NCBI GenBank assembly: GCA_030141605.1
Contig: JAQGDQ010000125.1
Coordinates: forward strand, 186,001 to 250,000
Reading direction: 5' to 3'
DNA from: Tubiluchus corallicola
Taxonomy: Eukaryota; Animalia; Priapulida
Length of the DNA: 64,000 bases
The position numbers and the translations under genes were made by a program. The notes beneath the pieces were generated by a model that worked only from the letters and a program-made list of their open reading frames with translations, was not told the origin of the DNA and did no database searches. This document shows, piece by piece, positions 52,666-63,514 of this stretch (position 1 is the first letter of the stretch; each line of letters starts with the position of its first letter).

Positions 52666-53899
52666 GGCGAATAACCAATTAACAGTTTCCTGACATATTC
52701 AATCCCATGATGATCACTAATCAATATGTTATTTTCTTTCTTTCTTTTCAAGAATTTTTGTTGAATGACGACGATGTTGATTGACGGCCCAATGAAGGCT
52801 GAGTGACGGCCATTTTACGATTTTTAGATAATTTAAACAAAATTAAATACGTAGTCTTTGCGTAGCGAAAGCGATCCCTGACAAAAATAGTCACTATTAT
52901 AATATAAAATTTGTGTGCTACTATCTTTTAACGCCTGCTAATGTTCCACTAACACTGAAAACAAGCGTATGAGCTTAGCTATAGCTTTGTAAAATGTACA
53001 AGGAAAAGTTAATTTTATTTAGACTGACTAACTAATCTGCTAACCGACTAATTGGCTAACTAATTGACTAACTAACAATTATCTAATAAATATTATGACT
53101 ACCGGACTAATTAAGTAATCATGTGACAACTAACTAAGTGATGACTCTCTATAACTAATGATTGGTGTCATTGATTGCTGCGCAATGGAAATAACTATTA
53201 CGAAGAATAATTTCATTACTTTTAGCGATGAGAAATTTCCTTTTGAGTAACGTTCAATTGGTATCATTTTTACAGTCACGCGATCTTCAGCATGAAAGGG
53301 ATACATAAATTCTGAGGTTCCTGTGAATCTTTCCCCAATAGCAAGCATACATGCAAAAATTGCTTCTAAGCCTTGAAGTTTACTTTTTGAGCATTCATGG
53401 ACCTGTTGAGGCTCTGCTAGACAAATTTTCCCTCACTGACTTCCATCATATGGGCCATGAATTAATATCATTCTCTAGATCTCTACTCCCACTTTATAAC
53501 CATCCACAGAGTTTTTCGCTAACACTATGAGCAATAGCAAAACCAGGCCCCTTATGCAAAAAAGGGACTGCAGCTAGGCCCATTGCTGTTTAGTGTCTTC
53601 TCTGTTAGAACAATGCTGTACATGTTGAGCTTTTCGGCTAAAACATTGTTGAATAGTATGTTGCACTATCATGTCTGATTTGTAAATCTGTATAGTTGAG
53701 TTCTAAATCTCTGCATTCTCTCCTGTCACTTTCTAAAGACATTACATATTCTTCTCTTTGAACTGGCGAGCAAAATTGATAAACATTATCTTGGAGACAA
53801 TGAAAGGCATTCAATGTTTCAGGGACACTAATTGTAGTTGCCTAATTCATGTAGGTAGCTATTGAAAGCTCGAGATTTGTTGGCCACAGCTTGTGTTGC

Positions 53900-54329
53900 A
53901 AGAAAATTTTGACAGGTGGAAACTTGAACTAAAGCAATGGGAATAAAGAAAAATTAAGACATTTTTGTATTTGTGCTATTGCAGTCGATATTAAATCGCC
54001 TGCCCTCATCAGTGGAAACAGACTCTAACAAAATTATTTTCAGCTCTCATTATGTTATTTTTTAATCTTTCATTTAAAAAGCTGGTAAAAAATATCTACC
54101 CTTTTAAATCATTTCTCTTTTCATTGCTTAATTATACAATTTCTATGTAACTGTGATTTTTGTATCAGTATACTATATCTTGATATTTGTCTATGAAAAT
54201 AACTTTACATACAGCCTATTGTAATTTTTTTCGGTTTGTGTAGTATTGACATGTATTGCTTTGCCAATGCACTTTGTACGTATTTGTGAAAATAAAACTG
54301 AACTGAATTGAATTGAAAATTGAATTGGA
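53900..54329 (+). mobile_element. 3' fragment of an L2-like LINE
   Basis: Ends in AATAAAACTGAACTGAATTGAATTGAA, a microsatellite-type tail, after decayed ORF2-like sequence. Confidence 0.4.
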
Positions 54330-54841
54330 AGAACGCGTTGGGCGGAACGGGTACTGGATGAAATTCTGTACGCGACCTAAAACAGTTTAAAGAAAGTTAC
54401 ATGATTTCGTGCGGTTCTGCTTCGGTGTTCTAACTTTATGCTCTGCGTGATGCACGTGAGTCACACACGTACTAGTCGCCGTAGTCAGAGCAGTGTATCA
54501 AAGTCTGGGAAAATGAAGTGACGAAATTAATGTTACGTATTTCGTTTTTGCGATTAGCGGCAACGCTGCCGGCATCAAACGGCAGATGATTAAAAAGTAT
54601 AAGCCAAAATCAATTTTGCATTTTTTTTTACAAAAGAAGAATATCTCAAATAAAAGCAATTATTAGTTTAAAAAACTAAAAACATTTCATGAATACGAAA
54701 AACAGTTGTAGCAATAAGTTTTATGTACTTGCAAATATTTCTTCACTTTTCTTGTAAATAAAATTTTACTGTTCTTCCTGAGGAAAGAGGCTAGCTGGGC
54801 TGTGTACCATGTAAAAAAGCAATGCCTTTTTTATTGATTTT

Positions 54842-54915
54842 TCTCCCTCCCTCTCTTAGAGAGAAAGAGAGGGAGGGAGAGAGAAGCGAAAGAGAGAGAA
54901 AGAGAGAGAGAGAGA
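54842..54915. repeat. GA/CT-rich tract with a 15-bp perfect inverted repeat
   Basis: TCTCCCTCCCTCTCT (54842-54856) / AGAGAGGGAGGGAGA (54866-54880), then (GA)n. Confidence 0.85.
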
Positions 54916-55999
54916 AAAAAAGATAGAAAGAGATCCTTTGTTTTTTGGTCGTTTTACTGCAGTGCGAGGTGGCGGATTTGGCACCTCAAAAATTGCACCC
55001 ATTTACGTGTCCTGCAATTAATTTATATAATTACACAGATATTATATTGTAGGTTTGTATATAAATAATGCACACACGCACGCACACAACAAGTAGTTGT
55101 ATATGGTACTTCATATGTAAATAGTCAATACAGTAGCAGAGATGAGTAGGAAAGTGCCAGCTTAGGTATTGTAATTTCTTGATATACCCATACACACACA
55201 TTTTTCCAGAAATAGAATACTACATGAGCCAGGTATTTGCAAACTTTTTTATGATCAATCTTCTTAGCTTTTTTTCTAAAAAAGCCTACTATTTTTCATG
55301 AGACATGAATACAACAGTTTTTGTTTTAAATACTAATCACTCTTAGTGCCTTATGCAGTTATGCGTGCTTTAAATAATTTTCAAAAATATAACAGCTGCC
55401 AAATCGCCAAAGACATATGTAAGCCTTGCAGTCTTTTCTTAGTGTACAAATATTTAACGTGTAAGTTGTAAGAAAAGTTACAAAACTGTGTTATAATTAG
55501 CATTTTGTTATAATTACGTGGCTGCATCCTCAGAATATTTAAAACGATATTTTTATTTGTGTTTTTGCAACTCACTTCTGAGCAAGTTATGAGCACCTGT
55601 CGACCGGGTGGTCTCATCAATTCATCTGTTACAGTACACACCTGTACGAGAACAACTTGCGCTATATATAGACTATAGTGTGCCTGCCTACAAACATAAT
55701 GCTGTGCCGTAGGACGACACTAACTGCGCGAACTGTTGCCGCAGTATCTGTTTTATCTATACTTTTTGTGGTCTCTATTCTTTGAATATATCACCAAAGG
55801 AGTGGTGATTTCCCGTATTACACTTTTTAGTCGACTGCAACGGAACTATGTAATTTTTTGTCTTAGTTTTAAACCTTTTAATTAGCAAAATAAGTTATAA
55901 AGGATCTTGTATTTAAATGTAAAGTAAACTACCGTACCTATTTAACCGTTCTGCGGCTATTGAAATGAATAAAATCTTTGCTTACTTACTTGATTGCAG

Positions 56000-56926
56000 A
56001 ATCACAGCGTTAAGGTGAGTAGTACTAATAATATTAATACTACTAGCAATAGTGTTACTGTTAGTGTGAACAGGCTATATCTTGAAAATTTTGGTTAGAT
56101 TCAGTTCTAAATTTCAGACAATCAGAGAGCACAAGCTTGAGTAAAAACTTTTATCCAATTGCAAGAACAATTGGATTACTTCCTATTTTATGTTCAAGTT
56201 GCTGAATTTTTATCATTATAACAGTGTTACTGAAATTATAGTGAAATAAACAGTTAGTTTTACATAATTTGATTCTACGAACGTAATATAGAAACTTACT
56301 AACAATTGTGAGTCTTTTGCAGAACCTCACAAAACAACGAACACATTCTTCATTCTTCTTATCATAAATGAAAAAACGTAATTATTTCTGATTGGCACAG
56401 CAGTAGTTTTCTAAATTTTGAAGTTATTGATTAATTATTAATGGCTGATGTGACATGAATACACAATTACTAAATAGTGTTGTCTGTAGACCATAGTTCT
56501 AAGCAAACAAAAAACCTAATAATTGTGAGTTTGTTCCATCTATTATCAATAATCTTAAAATTGCAATTATAAGTAATTTAATAATAATCTGGAAATAATC
56601 CTAGGTACTGGAATAAATACAAAAAGCCTACACCAAACAGTTGGTTTAATTCAACTTTAATTAGCCATGCACATGTTGCTTGCAAATGATTGATTGGTTG
56701 TTAAGCTAGTCAAATTTAACTGAAGTTTGCTTTATTCACAAATGTTATATGGTTTAGTAGTCGTAACAGTTTACTTGTAATCTAAAGACCCTGGTTCAGA
56801 TGATGGTCTTTGTATTAAGATTTTTTTGAAAATTATGTTAAATGTGAATTTTTTTGTTTTCAGGATGACATTATGAACAATGATACAATTTATATTACAA
56901 TTATCATGGAATTGTAGTTGAAAGAA
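56000..56926 (+). promoter_or_regulatory. Candidate GCN2 5'-UTR exon/intron structure with upstream ORFs
   Basis: Donor AAG|gtgagt after 56014, with a possible acceptor ttgcag at 55999. Strong acceptor tttttttgttttcag| at 56863. Upstream ATGs at 56865, 56873, 56880 and 56906 precede the main ATG at 56927. Confidence 0.5.
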
Positions 56927-59900
56927 ATGGCTGAAGAAGAGGAACCACTATCAGAACGGCAGGATAACGAGATTGAGGTACTTAAAGCAATATTTGGGGA
57001 TGATCTGGTCGATTTGCGAGAAAAGGATGTTTGGAAGGTGAGAAGACCACCGGAAATTGTTCTGAAATTAGCACCATTGAAAGGATCAAGTGGAAATACA
57101 GAAGTACATGCTCAGGTAGACATGACTGTAAAATGTACACACCGTTATCCATTGGAGGTACCGGCAATCAAGCTGGACAGCGTTAAAGGTTTGTCGAAAC
57201 AGATAATAACAGATCTTACAAAACAGTTGCAAAATTTTGCTATGAGCCTCAGAGGTGAAGTGATGATACTTGAATTAGCTGATTTTGTGAGAAAGTACCT
57301 ATATGAATACAATATGCCACGCTATTCGTCATTTTATGAAGAAATGATGTCTAATCAGAAAAAACATGAAGCAGAAATTGCCAAGGTAGAAATGAGAAAG
57401 CAAGAATATTCACGGTTAAAACAAGAAAGAGAAAAAAGGGAGTTGGATGAAGAAATAGAGCGAAGGCAAGCTGAAATGCAAAAATTGAAAGCAGAGTCTA
57501 AACAGAATAGAATTTCTCCTTCGATTTTAATCAATCCAAATGTTGGTTTGACAGTTCCTGATAATGCTTCTAGAAGTCCTACTGTCTTGGAGGAAAGTCC
57601 TAAAGGATCGTTGAAACATGGAACACCTACAAGAAGTTCACGGGTAACTGACAATGAACAAAGTGGTGATTGCAATGAAATTCCTGCAATCTGGGGTGTA
57701 GGTTTTAGTGGTCAATCACGGCTTAAAAATGAATTTGAAGTTCTGCAATTTCTGGGTAAAGGTGGTTTTGGTGACGTTATAAAGGCGAGAAATAAACTAG
57801 ACGGGAGCATTTATGCCATAAAAAGAATCCCGTTAAATCCAAAATGTAAGCAACTTAATAAAAAAATTACAAGAGAAGTACAATTACTTTCTAGATTAAA
57901 TCATGAAAATGTAGTTAGGTATTACAATTCTTGGATTGAAACTGGAGAAGTGATAAAAAATTCTGAAGAAGATGAGTTAGGTTCGCTTGAATCAAAACCA
58001 TCTTCAGCTGCTAGGAATGTTTTCAGACAAGCTGGACAGGGTGAGCCTATGAGTAAATTTACTCCATATCTTCCAGAAGGAGCAATCGAGTGGAGTGTGT
58101 CTGACGACCTTGAACAGGAGTCTACCCAAGCTCTTGCAGATATGGATGATGATGATGACGACGAGGATGGTGATGATATAAATGGCACATTTGAAAGATT
58201 TTTATTTCCATTTGACGAAGAATCAACAGATAGTGTGGTCTTCGACTATGGTAATAATCAACAGGCAATTGATTCTTTACAAGAGGAAAGCAGTTGGACT
58301 CAAGACAAAAGTTTTAGTGATTCGGGTAAGCAACGTAATGTTGTACAATTCATGTACATTCAAATGGAATACTGCGAAAAATCAACATTGAGAACCTGCA
58401 TTGATGATGGCCTCTATGAAAATATAGAGAGACGGTGGAAATTCTTTCGAGAACTTATTGAAGGCTTGCTTCACATTCACCAGCAAGGTATGATTCACCG
58501 TGATCTCAAACCTGTAAACATATTTTTAGATTTGAATGATCATGTTAAGATAGGAGACTTTGGGCTTGCTACAACAGACATTATGACCAAATCAACTTTG
58601 ATAGATGCTCAGGCAAATTTAGAGTCTGAGGCTGACACATGTCAACCAGAACTTCAAGAGCTGACCAGCAAAGTGGGAACAGCTCTCTATACTAGTCCAG
58701 AATTGATGTCTTGCTCCACCAGCTCCACTGTTTCATATACACAAAAGGTAGACATATACAGTTTAGGCATAATATTTTTTGAGATGTGTAATCCACCGCT
58801 TAGCACAGCGATGGAAAGAGTTAAAGTAATCAGTGACCTCCGGCGGCCAGATATTATTTTCCCAGAAAATTTTGATCAGACATCCGCAGAGGGCTTGATC
58901 ATTCGATGGCTTTTGAATCATGATCCTAAGCAGCGACCGACACTACAGCAACTATTGCTTTCTGATTATTTACCTCCACCACAACTTGAAGAAGCAGAAC
59001 TGAATGAAGTACTAAGGCATACTATATCAAATAAAAACAGCGCGGCTTATCGACGGTTAATGGGTTGTTTGTTCGCTCAGTCTGTCACTCCAACGATAAG
59101 TTATACATATGATTTGTTTTTGCATAAAGGAGCATTTGCTTATATGCCTGCTATGATTACTCGTCAAGTCCATTCAACCGTGGTTAAGATTTTTGAAAAG
59201 CATGGTGCCATTGAAGTCAACACTCCTCTTTTTCTGCCTTCAGATCCTCTTTGGCAAAAGCAAGAACTGGGTGTACATGTGATTGACTGTAGTGGTTTGG
59301 TGGTAGACTTGCCATATGATTTGCGTGTGCCATTTGCAAGATATGTTGCCAAGAATAATGTGACTAGCTTAAAGAGGTACAACATTGGTAAGGTGTACAG
59401 AGAAAGAAAAAGGCTGAACTTTGGTTCTCATCCTCGAGAATTAACTGAGTGCGCATTTGATATAGTTACTTCAACAGCGGCTGGTCTTATACCCGATGCT
59501 GAAGTGCTGTCTGTGGTGTGCGAAATTGTGGATTGTTTTCCTGTGCTTCAAAGCAGAGGATATATTATCAAGATTAATCATACTTTATTACTTAAATCAC
59601 TACTAATGCATTGTGGCATAGCGGAGCAGAATCATAAAGATGTACTTTCCATACTTGAAAACTTTGGAAAATTGTCAAAAGATATGTTGGAAACTAGGTT
59701 ATATGGTTTGTCTCTTAGTGTCAAGTCGGTTGAATCACTCTGCAACTACATGGAAATTGAAGAGGATTGCAAGAAGATATCTTGCATGATGAGATCCATA
59801 ACTAAAAGGCCTGGTGAAGCAGGCATTTTAGCAAGGCAAGCATTGCGTGAGCTAGATCTAATTAGCAATTATTTAACATGTTTTGGTGGCAAGTTACAGG

Positions 59901-60880
59901 TACTGGTAAAGCTTAGCCTGATGTTTAATGTCCATTACTATTCCGGAATGTTTTTTCAGGTTGTCAGTGAACATTCCAAAAAAAAGAAACAAATGCGTTC
60001 ATTAGACATACTTGCTTGTGGTGGACGTTATGACAATTTGATTAAAAAATACACAAAGCCTCACAGTTCTTCTAACATTTCCCAATTTGTGGTTGGTGTT
60101 AGTATAGAGCTTGAAAAACTTATTGGCAGTGCTAAAGAACAGGAAGACTTCACTCCTAGTGGTATATATGATATTCTGGTGTGTTCTGTTGGAAACGCCT
60201 CACTAATTCGTGAGAAGATTGCTTTAGTTAAAGAACTGTGGGCAATTGGCCTTCGAGTTGACTTGCAGTATGAAGGCGTTCGTGATTTAGAGGAATTGCA
60301 CGGTTTCTGTAAAAAATCAGGTGTTTCACATCTAGTCATTCTAAAAGATACTGAAAGTGGATTAGTGAAGGTGCGCTCATTTGTTAAAGACAGAATGGTG
60401 GATAAAAAAATGACATATGCGGAATTGAAGGAAATGCTACAACCAAAAGCACCTTTAGCTCTTAAGCATACAAGTTCAGATTTAGAGCAGCATCAAAAAG
60501 TTATAGGACAAAATTCTATTTTGTATAATCATCGATTTCTTTACCTGGAGAAAGTGGCAAGTAACCAGAAACGTATGCATGAGCGACAGTTATCTGCCCA
60601 CATTGTGCCAATTTTGCAGAAAGTTGCCCCACGGTCAGTTGTTGAGGTTGTTGCTACTGAACTGCCAGCTTCAGTCGTAAAAACAGTGTCCAGCAGCTTA
60701 GACATGCAAAGTGAGTCTACTTTCAATGAGAGTACAGGAATAGTCATGCAAAAACATCAGAGATACAAAAAATATTTAAATCAAGTTTTGGATGTTATTC
60801 ATGAGCTGTACTTTGAAAAGGAAGCATCAATGATACTTTTATATTCCGTAAAGGATGATATGAGTAGGTGTCTTTTATGA
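56927..60880 (+). CDS. EIF2AK4: eIF2-alpha kinase GCN2 (RWD, kinase, HisRS-like, CTD); single-exon CDS of 1317 aa
   Basis: Uninterrupted ORF; first ATG at 56927 (the track starts at TTG 56918). RWD (ERQDNEIEVLKAIFGDD..YPLEVP..GEVMILEL), charged helix (SFYEEMM), kinase (SRLKNEFEVLQFLGKGGFG, YAIKRI, HENVVRYY, acidic insert, YIQMEYC, HRDLKPVN, KIGDFGLAT, VGTALYTSPE), HisRS-like (LPYDLRVPFARY, KVYR, HPRELTECAFDIV, GGRYD), and C-terminal domain. Confidence 0.97.
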   Translation: MAEEEEPLSERQDNEIEVLKAIFGDDLVDLREKDVWKVRRPPEIVLKLAPLKGSSGNTEVHAQVDMTVKCTHRYPLEVPAIKLDSVKGLSKQIITDLTKQLQNFAMSLRGEVMILELADFVRKYLYEYNMPRYSSFYEEMMSNQKKHEAEIAKVEMRKQEYSRLKQEREKRELDEEIERRQAEMQKLKAESKQNRISPSILINPNVGLTVPDNASRSPTVLEESPKGSLKHGTPTRSSRVTDNEQSGDCNEIPAIWGVGFSGQSRLKNEFEVLQFLGKGGFGDVIKARNKLDGSIYAIKRIPLNPKCKQLNKKITREVQLLSRLNHENVVRYYNSWIETGEVIKNSEEDELGSLESKPSSAARNVFRQAGQGEPMSKFTPYLPEGAIEWSVSDDLEQESTQALADMDDDDDDEDGDDINGTFERFLFPFDEESTDSVVFDYGNNQQAIDSLQEESSWTQDKSFSDSGKQRNVVQFMYIQMEYCEKSTLRTCIDDGLYENIERRWKFFRELIEGLLHIHQQGMIHRDLKPVNIFLDLNDHVKIGDFGLATTDIMTKSTLIDAQANLESEADTCQPELQELTSKVGTALYTSPELMSCSTSSTVSYTQKVDIYSLGIIFFEMCNPPLSTAMERVKVISDLRRPDIIFPENFDQTSAEGLIIRWLLNHDPKQRPTLQQLLLSDYLPPPQLEEAELNEVLRHTISNKNSAAYRRLMGCLFAQSVTPTISYTYDLFLHKGAFAYMPAMITRQVHSTVVKIFEKHGAIEVNTPLFLPSDPLWQKQELGVHVIDCSGLVVDLPYDLRVPFARYVAKNNVTSLKRYNIGKVYRERKRLNFGSHPRELTECAFDIVTSTAAGLIPDAEVLSVVCEIVDCFPVLQSRGYIIKINHTLLLKSLLMHCGIAEQNHKDVLSILENFGKLSKDMLETRLYGLSLSVKSVESLCNYMEIEEDCKKISCMMRSITKRPGEAGILARQALRELDLISNYLTCFGGKLQVLVKLSLMFNVHYYSGMFFQVVSEHSKKKKQMRSLDILACGGRYDNLIKKYTKPHSSSNISQFVVGVSIELEKLIGSAKEQEDFTPSGIYDILVCSVGNASLIREKIALVKELWAIGLRVDLQYEGVRDLEELHGFCKKSGVSHLVILKDTESGLVKVRSFVKDRMVDKKMTYAELKEMLQPKAPLALKHTSSDLEQHQKVIGQNSILYNHRFLYLEKVASNQKRMHERQLSAHIVPILQKVAPRSVVEVVATELPASVVKTVSSSLDMQSESTFNESTGIVMQKHQRYKKYLNQVLDVIHELYFEKEASMILLYSVKDDMSRCLL

Positions 60881-63514
60881 CTTGTACGATGTGTAGGTAT
60901 GTGCATAAGACAATAACTTGGTGGAATCTTGAATGCATAAAACACTGTTATGTCTGTTGATGAGGCAAGTAGACGAGTAATTTTCTGTGTTAATCGACAG
61001 CAAAGTTAAGAAATACTGAACTCAGTAGCTGCAGCTAGTGACAAATGTCTGGGGTGAATGTGATTGCCTAGAAGACTACTTCCAGGCAGTTTCATTCGCC
61101 ATACTGTCTCTGGGTAATTTTCTTCTACTTGAAGAATGTAGCTACCTGAAACACCTCTACTGATTCAGTGTTTCATCTTTGATGATTGATTATTCCTAAT
61201 AACAGAATAGGTTCCGACCTCCCTAATGACATCTAAATTAAGTAGGGTGTGCAAGATAAGTGCCGGGCAGCAGTTATCACTTAATGCGTGCTTTATCTTA
61301 TTTCAATGATTAGTAGTGTAATTATTTATTTTAACAAACATTGCTAATGAAGTCACTATTGTGGATCAACAAAACATAAAATCTAATAATTATTAATAAA
61401 TGGCTAGTCTTCATAAAGGGTTTAACTGTGTTGACTGAAACAGTAGGAATTAAAACAGCAAATGCAGTGGACATAATAATAATAGCTGTTTTTATTATTA
61501 TTAAAGTGCATCTGCCTTTTAAAAAGTACATTTTCTATGTACATGTCTTCTGCTTTCCTGCTTTGATTTTGCTGATAATAACATTTGAACGCGAAAGGTT
61601 TGGCAAACTTCTTTGATTAAAAAAAAACTAGTGAATACCTAATTCTTTAAATAGAACTTGCTAGTTTGTACAAAATTGACATTTAATATTATTTTTTACT
61701 GATGTTTAATGTTAAATTAAAAATAGATAAAAAAATAACTTTCAACGTAACAATTGCAGTGAATGATTTTCACGCATGGCCGAACCTTAAACTATTGTTC
61801 AGGTTTACAAAACATATATAAATGTATACAGCATTTGTACATAGAAAAGCATCATAGAACAATCCTGGTTGGTACACATCTTTGTAATACAGGAAATTCC
61901 GTAACTAGTGTAGTATTTTTTGGTGACATTTTCTCCCATCCGTTGTCCAATAAATGTAATTATATGCTTTTTTCTTTTTAACTTTGAGAAGTATATCTTC
62001 AGTATAGTGTTCAGTATGTGCTGAATGTTGATTTACCATCACAATTCATCACTGGTTGTTGAATTATAATAGAGCAATGCAAAAGATACATGAAAAAAGT
62101 GCTGTTAAGATATTTCCTTTTCATAGCAAAACTGCTGTTGAGGTTCTTAATAAGAAAATGGAATGTTTCCAGTGTGGCTGTCTAGCATGTCTTTGATTGC
62201 ACTATGTAGAAAAAATTACCCAGAATTGCTCATATTTATAAATAAATTATGTACTGTAATCAGACCTTTCTTTTTTACGTTGGTGAAACTTTTGTTACAC
62301 TGCATTGCAATTATTTTAACTACAATAAAATGTATATTTTCTTATTTATTTAAGTTATTATAATGTTTTTGTATAGTGTAATACGTGTATTCATAATTAC
62401 TATCACATAGTAATTAACAGTTTTTTGAAGGGGATTTCTCCAGTGTAGCAATTAAGCATTGAGCCCGCTTACATCTTTATAGTATACAATATTAGCGTTG
62501 TATATCACTCATAAGAATTCACAGTTTTTGGCCATGCTCTAGAAAGACAAGCAATGATATTATGTGCTGGTATGAGCAACCTAATTTTTCACAAAGGTAT
62601 TGTTAGTCTGTAGCAGGTGGTAAAATGAATCATTTGTAGGCCACACATTTTTTAATGTAAAGAACACAACATATTACCTCCTTCCAAAAATGCAAAATTC
62701 TTAAAACTTTTTAAGTGTGTCAATTGTTTTTATTTTGAGCAAAAATAAACATCCATATTTACAGCCTCTTTGGTGAAAAAATACCATGTTAAACCTACAT
62801 GACTAGATCATCAGGTCTCAGTAAAAAACTTATAGCCATATTTGTAACACTGTTGCAATAATAATTACCATAAATAAATACAGTGTTTGTTATCTAGTAT
62901 ATACAACTTCGATTACGTTTACAACAAAGTCTTCAAGTATGTTAAGCGAAATATTTACATGAATTTTACTGTTTGCAAAATCTAACTAAATTGGGCCTAC
63001 TCGAAGGTTATGAACGTTTTGTACAGGTACTGGCTGACAAAGTCTAATAAGTTCACTACGTACTTAAAACATGTTTCCACATTTTGTTCGTCAGCATTCA
63101 TTTTCTGAGTGGCCCATTAAATTATGCAAGGGGATTATAATATAAATAATACTAACTAATAATAAAAATTTATACTCTTCTCACAGTTTAAACTACTTAT
63201 GTACAGTCCGTTCAAAGGACAATAGTACTTCAAAATTTTGTTTTGGCTCTACTGAGCACTGGTACACTGCTTAGTCATCTTTCATGTCATTGTTGCAAAA
63301 AATTTTGGCAGTTTAAACCAATGTTACTTAAACTGATAAACCTCGGAATTCAAGTTAGTCCAGGGTAGTCCACTACTATCTGATTAATCAAGCATCTACT
63401 AGCCTAGGAGTGACCACATTGTCAAGTTAAAAGGGGGCAATGTTCATAACCTTCTGTTAATTGATTTTATAGTTCACTGTACTGTATGAGGCATGTCTTC
63501 TGCTTTCTTCACAA

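Noticed and set aside
53130-53880. Protein-coding gene between TUBGCP5 and GCN2
   Set aside because: Only short, stop-interrupted frames with no identifiable motif; probably decayed repeat.
56982-60747. Antisense and alternative-frame ORFs inside GCN2
   Set aside because: Shadows of the long coding ORF, with no recognisable motifs.
61055-61100. SECIS element in the GCN2 3' UTR
   Set aside because: A 5' GUGA is present, but there is no matching 3' GA quartet and no internal in-frame TGA in the CDS.
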